Source of the DNA: the human T2T-CHM13v2.0 reference genome, Homo sapiens
Direction: 5' to 3' (one strand)
Assembly: GCF_009914755.1 (NCBI RefSeq)
Contig: NC_060935.1
Length of the DNA: 64,000 bases
The notes under the pieces are model-generated. The model saw nothing but the letters and a program-made list of their open reading frames with translations, was not told the DNA's origin and did no database searches. This document shows positions 47,881 to 60,379 of the stretch, piece by piece. Position numbers and translations under genes: made by a program. Positions within the stretch are counted from its first letter, which is position 1. Every line of letters begins with the position of its first letter.

Positions 47881-48154
47881 ACAGACTCCATGAGGAACTG
47901 AGGAGTCCAGAGCAGTGAGATGGAAGGAGGCTGGGCCCTGACCCTGGGAGCTGGCGATCTTCACACTCATGACCCTCTCATGTCTCTCTCCGTGACAGAG
48001 AAAAGCCAGCTCTGGGCCCATTCAGGATCGTCCTGGGGTTTCCTGGCTGTGGCAGCTGTACCTCCCTCTCACCTGTGCCCACCACTCCAGAGCCGGTGTG
48101 TGGGCTCACGCTGGTGGCTGAGTCCTGACCGTGGGGTAACCAAGGGGGAGGCAT

Positions 48155-48460
48155 GAAGATGAGGTCCCGAGAGGAGACACAGGACCGTTCTCCTGATGTG
48201 AGCAGGGGTGAGCACAGTCTCATAGGACTGTGTCCTTATAGGAAGAGGAGAGGAGGACACAGACACACACGGAGGGATGACCCCGTGAGGACATGTGGAG
48301 AAGGCAGGATCTATAAGCCAAGGAGAGAGGCCTTGGAGGACCCAGCTCTGCAGCAGCCCTGATCTTGGACTCCAGCCTCCAGGACTGGGAGAGGATATAT
48401 TTCCCTCATTTAAGCCTCCCGGTCCATGGCGCTTTGTTGCGGCAGCCCTGGCAGACTCAC
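48155..48460 (+). mobile_element. MLT1B-like LTR
   Basis: GTGTCCTTATAGGAAGAGG..GACACAGACAC, AAGCCAAGGAGAGAGGCC, CCTGATCTTGGACTCCAGCCTCCAGGACTG..TTTAAGCC..TTTGTT.CGGCAGCCC. Confidence 0.75.
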
Positions 48461-48689
48461 CCGGCTGCAACATGACCAGTGGGTGGAAGCGGCCACCACA
48501 TTGGCATCTGCTGGGGTGCTGCCTGGGTGCTGCTGCTGCGCATGCCTGGTGTCACCGTCCCTGGCTCAGCCTGCTGGCCCTGGGCCCTAAGCCTGCAGCT
48601 CCTCTGGGTCCTGGGCCATGGGTGTCTGTGGCCCCCTGGTGAGGGGTGCTTGCTCCTCCGGATGTCCCCTGTGTTTTGGGATTGGAGGG

Positions 48690-49195
48690 GTTTGATTCCT
48701 GGGGCTGCTGTGACAGTGATCACAGACTGGGTGGCTTTAGCCATAGGAATGGACTCTCTCACAGCTCTGGAGCCCAGAGGTTCACCACCCAGGGGAGGGC
48801 AGGGCCGCCCTCTTTCGCAAGGCCCTAGCGTGGCCCCTCCTTGCCCCTTCTGGCTTCTGGGGGCTCCAGGTGTCCTGTGGTGTGTGGCTGCGTTGCTCCA
48901 GTCTCTGCCTCTGTCTTCAGACGGCCTCCTCCACTGTGTGTCTGTCTCTGTGTGCAAATTTCCCTCTTGTTACAAGGACGACACTCATTGAATGGATGCT
49001 TCCCCCCGCCTCAATTCAGTGTGACTTTGTCTTTATTTGGTTGCACCCACAAAAGCCCTTGTCCACAGAAGACCCCACTCACAGGTCCTGGGTGGACATG
49101 AATTTCCGGGGACACTCACAGGTCCTGGGTGGACATGAATTTCCGGGGACACTCACAGGTCCTGGGTGGACATGAATTTCCAGGGAACATTATTC
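48690..49195 (-). mobile_element. MLT1C-like LTR containing a 3 x 37-bp tandem triplication (49076-49186)
   Basis: GGGGCTGCTGTGACA..CACAGACTGGGTGGCTT..TCTCACAGCTCTGGAG, CCAGTCTCTGCCTCTGTCTTCA; unit CACTCACAGGTCCTGGGTGGACATGAATTTCCGGGGA at 49076, 49113, 49150. Confidence 0.75.
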
Positions 49196-49669
49196 AGTGC
49201 AGCATAAAGTGGTAAGAGACAGATGTAGGGCACTGGACTGTCCACGTGGGTTCACGTGTGGCCTCGTGAAGTCCAGGTGGCCCTTGCCCCTTCCCACTTC
49301 TTGCCCATCTTCTTTCCTGACCACCTGTCCTGCTGGCTTCAGGCCCAGCCCCAGAGCCGGGCAGTAGCGTCTCACAGACAGCCTGGAGCTCCATCTTGGC
49401 AGAAGGTCCGATCCCTTCCAACAAAGCCCCTGCCCTTTGACCGTGAGGAGGTGGTGCTTCTCTGATTGAATCCTGACAGAGCCACTTCATCTCAGGGATC
49501 ACAAAATGGAGCAAAATAAGATGTTCAGCCCAAGAAGGAATGGAGCGAGATGTCACGAGGCTGACGGTTTGACCCATGACTCTGTCTGCTGCCATTTCCT
49601 TGACGTCGGTGCACTGACCCAGCCGCAGCTGCCTCTGCGGCACCCGTGCATGCCACTTACAGGGACGCG

Positions 49670-50165
49670 GTAACAGTCTTTTCCCCACTCCGTGCTCCCT
49701 TTGCAAGGAAGCTTCACCTCTGTTCATGCCAGGAGGATGGATCTATTTCCCCTCCCCTGAAATCTGGGTGCATTTTGACCAATAAAATGCAGTGGGATGT
49801 TGCTCTGGGACTTCAAAGCTGACCGTTAAGAAGCCTTAGTTTTTTTTCCCCATGAAAAGCCACGTACGGCTCTCACTGTCATGAGAATGCCATGCTGTGA
49901 GGAAGCCCAAGCTAGCCGTGTGGAGAGAGTTCCTAGAAAGGGCACCAGAGTGCCAGATTCGGAGGGCAAGGCTACTTGGACCGACCGGCTGAGCCCAGCT
50001 TCTGGTGGATGGCAGCCGCATGGCGGAGCCTGGCCGGTCACCCACGGGCAGAAGATGTACCCAGCTAAGCTCTGCCCCGAATCCTGGCTTGCAGAGCTGT
50101 GAGAGCTCACGTCACGGCTCTTTTAAGTCACTGGCTTGGGAGTAGTTGCTCATCCAGCAAGGACT
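49670..50165 (+). mobile_element. Old MLT1 (F/G/H-like) LTR
   Basis: TCTATTTCCCCTCCCCTGAAATCTGGG, TTTGACCAATAAAATG, GCCATGCTGTGAGGAAGCCCAAGCTAGCC, CCCAGCTAAGC..TTTTAAGTCACT. Confidence 0.7.
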
Positions 50166-53100
50166 GGTGAGAAGCCCGAGCCCCTCCACTTCTCTGAGCC
50201 TCACTTTTCTGCACCAGGGAGTTCCCCTGGGAATCAGCCACAAAATATCAGGGAAGCCGGCGTTCACGCAACTCCTCACCGGCTGGCTGAGGGAAAGGAG
50301 ACGGGGTTGGGACTCACCTCCAGGGCAGGTAGAAGAGAGACAGTCCTGGGGAAATCCAGGTGTGGAGTTTTAGTGAGGCTGGTCCTGGCTGTCACCCACG
50401 TTGAGGACGTTGTGCATGGTGTGGGCTGGGCCTGCTGTGGGGTTTCCCCTCTGGCCTGAGCTCACGGTGTGGTGCAGCCTGGCGAGCTCTTAGCTGCTCA
50501 GAGTTCAGAGTTGGAAAGGGGCAGGATTGAGGCAGCCTGCCATGGTGGGCCCCAGAATACACACATGGGAGGCTCTGGGGGGTCCCTGCGGAGCAGCTCT
50601 GGCTCATCCTGTGCCCGCTGACACCCAGCCTGTGCCTGCCTGTGCCCCTGGACCTCTGGGTGTGTCTGAGGGCCTTGGCCTGTCTTTGGAGGCCTGGAGT
50701 TTTAATGGGGCCGGTCCTGGCTGTCAGTCACATTGAGGATGTCATGCATGGTGTTGGTGACTTGCCATCTTGGCAACACACAGCTGGCTCCTGGCCTCTC
50801 TGCTGTCGACCCCGCAGCCCTCTCCCCAGCCTCTGCTGACCCTACAGCCCTCCTCCCCACCCGGTCTCTGCCGGCCTCCCCCACCAGCACATCTCGGCCT
50901 GGTGCCCCTGCTGCCGGCCATCCAGGGCCTGTGGATCCAGCTCTTCCTTTTGGGGTGAAGACTGTCACCTTCTGCCACGAGCCCTGTGTTCTCACTCAAG
51001 GACCCCACTGGTTTGTGAGGTGTCTGTTGGGCTGGACACAGTTGCTGCTTCCAAGCTGGGAACGCAGTGTCCCTGGGCCTCTGTCCCTTCCAGCCTTGTT
51101 TTCTGCTGGTCTTCTCTTTGGGATCTCTCTCTCTCTCTCTCTCGTTGTCTGTGCTAACAGTTCTTAGAGACTCTCTTCAGGGGACTTCTCCTCCTCCTGA
51201 CTCTGAAGTCCTCCTGTATCCCCACTTTCCTGCCCCTGCTTCCTTAGGCTCACGCTGACATCAGCAAGGTGGCCCCAGGACACCCTCTCCAGGGCTGCCT
51301 TCTCGTCTCTCCCAAAACACTCACAGCCTCCCAGAGCCAGACCCTCCCCCCTCAAAGACAAGCCATGCTGTCTTCAGGTCCTCTTTCTCCCACTCGTGGA
51401 CAGGCCCCAGCCAGGCTGGTCCGGGCCATCTTCTTCCCCAGGACCCCCATCCTCCACCCACAGGAGTGGCCACTATCTGGAATCTCAGCACGCCAATGCC
51501 AGTGGGATCTGAGCCAGGAAGGCTGGAGAAGTCTCTCGGTAGGAAAGGTGGCTGGCCCTCCTCTTCCTCGCCAGGCTCCTAGGGGTCGTGAGTAGAGGGA
51601 TGTGGACAGAGGGGACAAATGGCCCAGACTTTGTCTGGGGCTCACAGTGCGGTCCCAGAGAACAGGCACCACGTGGGAGGGGTGTACATGTCGGAGTGGC
51701 TTCGTGAAGGCCAGGGCAGGGGCTTGGGCAGGACATGCCCTGCGGAGGAGAGCCCCTTGCTCCCTGCTTGGTGAGAAAGGGCTATCTGACCAGGTGGGGT
51801 TTTAAGCCCTTGACCGTGGGTCTGGTTCATAGCAGGAGCTCGAGGGATATTTGTTGGATAAATGAAAGGATCAGTAGATGAGCAAGTGGACTGACTAAGG
51901 CTTAGAGAAAGGAGGACGTGGCCTGGGCTTTTCAAGGCACAGAGGACGCCTTCCTGGTCCAGATTCAAGAGGGAGCGAGGGCCTCCTTCCTCCCTCCACG
52001 CCAATCGTTCCTGGCCCCTTCCAGAATCATCTGGAAGCTAATCCTTTAGAAAACAAATATTTCAGACATCTCAACAACACAGGCCCTCCAAGTGGGGCCT
52101 GAGCAGATGGGCTGGGGCCTGGAAACTATCCCACACCCCCAGACGCTGGAGCCCACCACACCGCCCCAGCAACGTCCGCGGGGGACGCAGACCTCGGCCA
52201 GGAAAGTGTCAGAGCCGCCGGCCACCTGCCTGGGCCCCCGCTCCTGGGCCCTGTCCATTCCCCTTGGCAGCTTGAGCCATGGACAGGACATTCCTGAAGG
52301 CTGAGGCTGCACATTGGGGGGTTTGGGGCTGGAAAGGCCGGGGCAAGGTCCACAGTCACCCGCGGCTGGGCCGTGCGGCTGCCTCTCCTGCCTCCCTCCC
52401 TCCCCATGTGCACCTTCCCGCGTGGGGCTGGCCAGGAAATGGGGCATTTGTCTCTGTGGCCCTTCCTGCTGTCTGTGCCGGGCTGCCCATCTGGTCTTTA
52501 CCACTAGGTCCCTTTCTGCCCAGCATCCACTGCACATGGTTCAGGCTGGCCACCAAGGCTGCACTCAGAGTCTCAGGGACTGGGTCAACATGGCCCCCTG
52601 TGGTGGGGTTGCCTCCTGCTCGCCAGGCTCTGGGGAGCAGCTGCGCTTGGCACCCAACTGCTCCCGGTGGAGCCCTTTTTCCCACCCAGCCCAGAAGCTC
52701 CCTGAGCACGGAGACTGTCTTCTTTGGACCTCTTCTATCCCCAGCAGCAGACCTGGGCCCTGTCCCGGAACTCGGAGCCCAGCACATAGGGGCACCCAGC
52801 GATGGGCCGAGAGCGTTCATGAGCCCCGAGTGGGGCCAGCCCCGCCTGAAAAGGCCATCATCACGGAGACAGGAGCAGGGCTGGCAGAGAGACGAGGACA
52901 AGGGCTTGGAGGTGGGAGGTGGGTGCTGCCGCCGGGACCAGTGAGGGCCAGTGAGGACCACTCTCTCTGCACGTGTCCTCCGGCCCTGTGCATGGAGCCC
53001 GGCCCACTCACTGGGAGCGGAAGTGATTGCATTGTTCTCAGATTTGGTCCGTAACAGTCTCCAGAAGGATCCTCTACGTTCTCCTCCCTCTACCCCCAGC

Positions 53101-54649
53101 AGCTTCAGGAGTGCCGAGCCACAAGGCTGCAGGAGCCTGGGTCCCCAGTCGCCTGGAGGAGACCCTGCCCACACCATACTCAGACCACCCTCCCAGAATG
53201 GTGACTGTGCAGAGATGCACGCATGTCGGCTGCACCCCGCCATCTTGGGGTGAGTACAGTGAGGGAGGACCACACGGGGGGCAGGAGGGAAGGGGGACAC
53301 CTCTCCACACAGGAGCGCCTGCCCTGTCCTGACACACGTGCTGCCCTGGGGACAAATCATTTCCTCGCTCCCAACCCTAGTGTCTCTGTCCATAAATAGG
53401 GGTGGGGGCAGAGCCACACTTTAGTGCTTTCCAATGCTGCGTGCTGCAGGCAAACACAGCGTGCACTCAGATTAAACTCAGGGAGACTTCCCTCCATGGA
53501 GATGGGGTGTGGCAGGTGCAGGCTGGTAGAGGGAGGGTGGCTGTGGGAGGAAGGTCCCGGCCTGTGTGGCCCTGCTGGTCTGGCAGAGGGAGGGCGGCTA
53601 TGGGGAGGACCCTGAGGGTGGAAGGTCCCAGACTTTGTGGCCCTGCTGGTCTGGGGAGGAGCTCGTTCACAGGCAGAGGCTGCGTCCCCACCTTGGACCG
53701 TGGACCTTGACCCGGACTGGCCGGCAGGACCCTCCCCTTGAGGGGATGTGAGAGGGGGTGACGGAAGGGGTTGAGGTGGCCCTGGGGAGGGGCTCACGGT
53801 GTGTGGAGCCAACAGTCTCCGTCTTGACGAACATGCAGGCCCTGTCCTTTCCCTCACCCCTCAGGGTACATATTTCCAGAAAGAAATCACTTCCAATTCC
53901 AAGGGCTCCATGGAGGCGGATTTTTCCATCTGGGCTTTTCTGATGAGTTTTCTTGGAGGAAACTTCTGCGTTAACTCACTTCCCTCCTCTGTGCCTCATG
54001 CGGGGACAATTAGGGGAGGCAGGGAGACCTGAAGCCCGGAGCCGGCCGCCGGGAACCCGTTTGTCCGTGCGCGCTCGGAAACCTGGAGGCAGCTCCCCAG
54101 TTCCTGTCTCTTCCCCGGGCGGGTCCCCACCTGGCCTGTGGCGTGACTGTGAGTCAGGGGTCTGGATCCTCCGAGGCCCGCAGGATCCGGGTGGATGGGC
54201 CACGTCTCTGCACGTGCAGCCTCTCCTGGGTCCCCTCTCACATCCGGCTCTGGCTGGGCCATTTCCCACGCTGTGGCTTCCAACCGCTCAGCCCGACTGC
54301 ATCTGCACCGTTGCTGGCCGAGGGGAGGCTGCCTCTGCCTTCCCAGCCAGGACCCTGGGCCCCCTGTGTGTTTCTGGACCTCACTCTTGGCGGCCACCCG
54401 CGCCCTCACCCACATTCTCCCTCCGTGGCCTCGTGGCCTGGTACACTTGGGCTCTGGGCTGCTGTTTCCAGGACCCATGGGACAGGTGGCCTGGCTGCCC
54501 AGAGCCACGCTCCCCGGGCCCTTCTCCCCTCCTGCCCTTCTTCCCAGCAACCTGCAGATGGTTGGTGTTCCCTTCACCTGTGCCTGCCTGGCCTTCTCCT
54601 GGCCCCACGGTGAGGCTTCTGGGAGCACGAACTGCTAAGGGCTGCACTG

Positions 54650-54965
54650 TGTCTCTGCCCAGGCACGGAAGTCCTGACCCCACAACCTCAGAATGGGCCT
54701 GTCTAGAGGTGGATCTTTAAGGAGGTACCAAGTTAAGATGGAATCATTAGGATGACCCTGAGCCCATCCAACTGGTGTTTCTATAAGCGGAGATCAGAGC
54801 ACAGACGCTGACAGGGCAACAGCCACGTGAGGACACAGGGAGATGGCGGGGTCTGCAAGCCCAGGAAAGAGGCCTCAGGAGGAACCCGCCCCGCGGCACC
54901 TTGACCTCGGACTCTCTCTCTCACGCTGTGGTACTTTCTGACAGCAGTCCAAGAAGACTGAACTC
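54650..54965 (+). mobile_element. MLT1B-like LTR
   Basis: AAGTCCTGACCCC..ACCTCAGAATG, AAGTTAAGATG..TCATTAGG, CCACGTGAGGACACAGGGAGATGGCGG..TCTGCAAGCC..AGAGGCCTCAGGAGGAACC. Confidence 0.75.
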
Positions 54966-56337
54966 GTCACCTCCCGCTCCGTTTCCCACCACCTCTGGCC
55001 TGCCTGGCCTGTTTCCTCCAGCCTCCCACCCCTCCTTGTCAGCCAGTTGAAAATGCCCCTTTTCCCAGGACTGGTCTCTCCATGGGCACCCCTGACCTCC
55101 ATAGGGAGTCCCACTGTGCCTCGCTTTGGGGGTAATCAAGATTGCCCCTCAGCCTCTCAGGCCCCTCCCTGCTCTTGGGTGCTGGATGCCCTGGGGACCC
55201 TTCACCAAGTCGCCCTGCTGTGGCTCTAGCTGGGCATGAACAGGTGCTGTCTCCAGAGCCCGAGGTCCTCAGAGGGGCCAGGCCCTCTGTCGTGGGAACA
55301 AGGACCCTAAGGCCCGGGAGGGGAGCGGCACACGGAGAACAGGCTGGGGACCTGGGCGTGAGCAGCTGGGCATGAGCCCTGCCCGCTTTGTCCCCTGGGG
55401 AGCCTGGCCTGGGAAGCATTAGCTTGGCCAGAGTCTCCCTGATGGGATTGGAAGCCCAGCCCTGCCTGGGAAGGCGCCTGTGGGCTGATGGGGATGGGGT
55501 GGCCGGGGCCCTGGGCTTCCAGGATGCGTGAAGCTCCTGCCCACACAGGGAGTCAGGTTCCTGTCCTGTGCACCTGGATGCTCCGGGAAGGACTGCCTTG
55601 GGGTCTGGCCACGAACTCCACTGGCTCCAGCTGTGCAGCCCCGCAGAAGGTGCTGCAGCACCCGCCCTGCCCAACACAGGCGCGGCTCTGGGGTCCGGCG
55701 TGGGCAGGGGATCTGGCATGGACCCATCCTCTTGAGGGCCTCTGGCGTGGTGGGTGGCAGGCTGGGGAGAGGGCTGCTGCCCTCCTTCTGGGCCTCCCAG
55801 CCCTGCAAGGGTGGCCTGGAAGGCGGGCAGTGCACTCTGGCCTGAGGGCCCGTGGGAGCCAGTCCTCTTTAGAAGGGCCCCCTCCATCCCCACCCATCAG
55901 CATTCATGGCCCTAGTACCAGGGAAGGAGGCCCAGGCCATGGGACCCCTGGACCAACCAACCCAGCCAGTTCTGGAGCTACCCGGGGCACCCGAAGAGTA
56001 CGTCCCTCTGTTCCCAGGAGCCCCACTTTAGGGCCGTTTCCTGGGCTGACTCCCTGGCCTGCAAGCCCCCAGGTTGCTTACTAAGCCCAAACCCCCACCC
56101 ATGCCACTGACCGCCCCTGCTCTCTGTTATCCAAAGCCCTCAGCTCCCTGTGCCCTCTGGGACACGGGGCCTCCTCCCTACAAGGAAAGCTGGGTCCCAA
56201 GCGCGACCCTGGCCTCTCCATCCTGCCCCCTGGCCACCCACCCCCTCGCCCTGTTTCTCTGTCCTGCAGGACTTCCTCTGGCTTTATTGTTTTAAGTTGG
56301 TGGTTGGGCCAACAGCCAGCTTCAATTACACTCCTCG

Positions 56338-56378
56338 CCTCCTCCTCCTCCTCCTCCTCCTCCTCCTCCTCCTCCTCC
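56338..56378. repeat. (CCT)13 trinucleotide repeat
   Basis: Seen directly. Confidence 0.97.
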
Positions 56379-58797
56379 ACCTCTTCCAGCCCTTCTCTGC
56401 CCTAGGCCCAGGGGTGGGCCTTGGGCTACAGCTGACTGTGGTACCCAGGCAAAACAGCCCTAGGAAAATGATAACAGAAAATAATAAAAATTATTTTTCT
56501 CTCTCTCTGTCTCCTTCTCCTCCCCCACCTTCCCCTCCCATCATAAAACAAGGAATTTATTTTTCGCGTGGCGCTCTGGGTCGCAGGCAACCACTCCGGT
56601 TTTCCCGCTGCGCTGAGCAGGCTGGCGGAGTTCTTGGGTTGATTTTGGGGATGGGAGGTGGGGAGTTGGGGGGGGCAGGGGAGCGTGTTTGTTTTCCATT
56701 GCTTTTGCAAAAAAAGGGGAGGGGAGAGAGGGCCTGTGCGGAGGCTGAAGCCACACTGGGGCCCTCTCACTCTCGCTGTCTGCAGAGAGCCAGGAAGAAG
56801 GATCAGAGGCGAGAGAGGGGCCGGGGATGGGGCCAGGGACAGAGCCGCTCCCCCTTCGGTTCCCTTTTCCCTTTTGGGTCTGAGGTTAAACAGAGGGCAG
56901 CCGGGGCCCGCGACCTCTGCCCTCTGACATCTTTGAACTCAAAAGTCTTTGATGTTTTAACATGCCTCCCCAAACCACAGCCAGGGCACCCTCTCCCAGA
57001 GCGTCAGCGACTGCCGAGGGGTGGGTCTGGGCAATGCCCCTCCCGCAGGGCTGGGATCTCCAGGCTCAGGCGGGAGTGAGGCCCCCTAGAACTGCCCTTC
57101 GTCCAGCGAGGGGCCATCTCCCTCAGCAGAAGCCCCGTCTTCCCCCTCTTCCCTCCCTGCTGTCTGCTGTCCCTGAGGCCCACACCTTGGTCCCGGAGCC
57201 CTGTCTGTAAGCCCCGCCCGTGCAGCCTTCTGGGGGCTGCCTCCCCTCTGGACCTTCAGGTGCGGAGAGGCCTGAGCCGGGAGGGCACACCTGCCTTTCT
57301 CTCCTGCCACTCCGCAGGAGCCACTTCTGCCCATCCCAGAACCAGCCCTCAGGGCAGGCTTGGTGCCACCGCTGTGCTGGGTGTGCACGATGCCCGTGGG
57401 CCGCCGGCTCCCCTCCGTGCTAATGCCACCCTCCAAAGCCATGGCTTCCTCTCGAGCCTTGGGTGTCCAGCAGCCTGACCAGACAGAGGCCTCCTCAGCC
57501 CCGCACCGAAGGAGGATGGAGGGGCCGGGCCGGCTCCTGTCGGTTGCCCGTGCTGGCCGACCCTCCGCTCCCACTGCAGGATGCGGGGGCAGCTCCTGCT
57601 CAGCTGTCCACAGGCTCTGGCGGGGGTGGAGGTCTCTCAAGGGGCCTGGGCGACGATGGAGACCCATCTCCCTCTGCTTCTGTGTCTCTGCCTTGGCCCT
57701 GGACCTTGCAGGGACCCCCATGTGCTCACTCAACCTCATCCCAGAAGCAGAGCCGGGCCAGTGCCCACTGGGGACACCCACAGTTACACAGAGTGTGTGG
57801 ACCTCCAGGGCAGGTCCCCATGAGATGGGCACTCTGTTTCCATGCCGGGTGGGAGGAGGGGTCCTGGAGAAGTCAGGGGCCGAACCTGCGCCCAGACCCT
57901 CATCCCCTACTCCACCCACCCTGTACCCCCTCTTTCTCTCCACACTCTCCTTTTCTCTTCTGTTCTCCCCGTGCTCTCAACCCTGCCCCCTGCCCTGCAG
58001 CCTCTTCCTGTCCACCCTGGTCAGGGTATCTCTGGGGGTCCTCCGGGCTTCCCCAGCCTCCCCTGCATGCGTGCTGGTGTGGGGTAGGTTCCAGGTCCCA
58101 GCACGGCCCCGCCATGGCCAGAGGGCCCCAGGTAGGAGACGCCCGGGACACCCTGAGCCAGGAGACAGGGCCAGGCTGTGGATCGGGTGGCGGGGCCCTG
58201 GTGGGTGGGCAGGGGGCTGGGGAGAGACCCAGGGACGCCAGCATGGCCCCTGCACCTGGCCCCTCCCCACCCAATACTCCAGCCTTGGCCGGGTTTCTGA
58301 GGGGCATTGTTATTAATATTATTATTGCAGCCGCTGCAAAAACACAGCTCTAAGCCCCTCGAGTGATTTATTTAGCGCACAGTCTAATTGATCAGGGCCA
58401 ACTTTCCACGTGGTGGGGGAGGCAGCGCCTCGGCCTCCAGGAATCTTTGGTCTAGGGGGTCAGCTGCCTGCTGGGTGCCTCTGGGCAGACACTAAAGACT
58501 CGGCCGCACCCACCCCCACCTGAGGCTCCCTTGTGAGGCAGCACCCACCCAAAGGGAGGCCCTGGTCTGTGGGGAGAGGCGGCCCCTAGCGAGACCGACC
58601 AGAGGCCGGGACAGCCACTGCGCCTCTGAAGCTGGGCCTGCCGCCCCCGTGGCCCAAGGGCTGGTGCTGTGAGTCTGGCTGGTGCTGTGAGTCTGGCTGG
58701 GGAGGGAAGATGCAGGGCCCTGGGCCCGGGGTGCCTGGACTCCTACTCCCAGGCCCACGCTCTGTGTGTGAGGAGTCAGGACTCGGGATCTGTAAAG

Positions 58798-58850
58798 GCC
58801 CTGGAGGGACAGCCCTGGAGGGACGGCCCTGGAGGGACAGCCCTGGAGAC
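58798..58850. repeat. 14-bp tandem repeat CCCTGGAGGGACRG x~3.5
   Basis: Seen directly. Confidence 0.9.
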
Positions 58851-60213
58851 CTGGTGACCTCTGTGCTGCCTGGGGTTTGGGGAGCATGGCCCACACCAGC
58901 AGCCCCCGCCACGTGACCCTCGATTCAGCCCTTCTGCATGCTGTGCATTCAGTGATCTGGGCATCTTTGGACAGTGCCATGGTGGATGATTAGGCCTGGG
59001 CACCCTGTTCCACCCAGTGCCTGTTTGCTGCTCCTGGGAGGGCAGTCCTCTCTCCTTGCCTCTTGGGTTACAAGGCAGTCTCCACTGAGAGCCGCCTCCC
59101 TTCCCTGCCCATACCCCCGTGGGGTCTGGGGGTGTCTCCTGCCCTCTTCTCCTGGACCAGGTGAAGGGCTGAGGGGGAAGGGGAGCCAGGCGGGGGCATG
59201 GGAGTGGTAGGGGGTGCCCTGGCTGCCGTGGGCTGGTGCATCCCTCCCCGGGCTCTCGCAGGGACCCCCCGCCCTCCAGCAGTGTTAGAGACATTCCTTT
59301 GCTCCCTCAGTGTGCTGGGGCACCTGCTTTGAGATAGTGCTAATTCGCAGGGGGCACTGAGCACAGACCCCCAGAAGCACGCTGGCTTGGCCTCCCCAGG
59401 CAACCGAAGTCCATACCAGGGGCCACAGCTGCCCCTGGGGTGTCTAGACCTCAGCCAGCCGCCTGGGTGAAGCCCCTGCCTCCTGTGCTTCAGGAGAGGT
59501 TGCCCAGGAACCCCCAACCTCCAGTCCCCTCACAGCTACCGGAATCCAAAGAAGCAAGAGAGTCCAGATAGGAGAGAAGTTTGGACTCCATTCTGGGGAG
59601 CCTGGGCGGGGGAGCTCTGTGAAGGAGCCGCAGGGTGAGCCAAGGCCAGGGTCCTCACCAGGGTGTCTGGGCCAGGGCTGCCCTCCCATTCCAAGCTCCG
59701 AGGGTGGAGGGTGAGCCCCTGGCAGTTTTGCTGCCCCTGGCCCCAGACCTGCCTGCTCCAGCACCCCTCGCCTGGCAGACCAGGGCTCAGGGAGGGGAGG
59801 CTGCACCCGCCTCAGGCAGAGTAGGGGCACAGGATGCTGATTTCTGAATCGGCAGCTGAGGCTGTTCCAAGCATCAGGGGCTCCCAGCAGGGCTGAAGAG
59901 AGGGGCTTGGAGGTGGATTCGGCCCCTACTTGGATCTGGAGTGCAGGCTAGTGGGGGTGCAGAAGGCCTAAGGGGTGAGGGGCTGCTCAGAGACGGCTGG
60001 TGTCACACACCTGAGAGAGGTGAGATGGGCAAGGAGGGGGAGGTGGGGGAGGAGAGGCGCAGCGGCGTGGGGGCAGGCACCCGAGAGATGGCAGGCCTGG
60101 GCAGCGTGGAACATTCATGTGCTGGGAAGGGGGCTTGGAAGAGGGGACCCATCAGGGACACAGCCCAGACTCACTGTCCCAGCCCCTCAACACCTCCCCC
60201 TTACCTTGGCTCC

Positions 60214-60379
60214 AGAAAACCCAAGGACATCGGGCTCTTTGGGGGTCCTGGTCATCCTGCACCGAGACCCCCAGAGGGACCCTGCCACCCCTCACCTCTG
60301 CTTTAGAAAACCCAAGCACAGCGGGTTCTTTGGGACCCCTGGTCATCCTGCACCCAGGCCTCCAGAGGGGCCCCGCCAC
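60214..60379. repeat. Diverged 91-bp tandem duplication
   Basis: AGAAAACCCAAG..CGGG.TCTTTGGG..CCTGGTCATCCTGCACC..CCAGAGGG..GCCAC at 60214 and 60305. Confidence 0.85.

Noticed and set aside
56081-56380. Poly-Glu / poly-Leu ORFs
   Set aside because: Translation of the (CCT)13 microsatellite.
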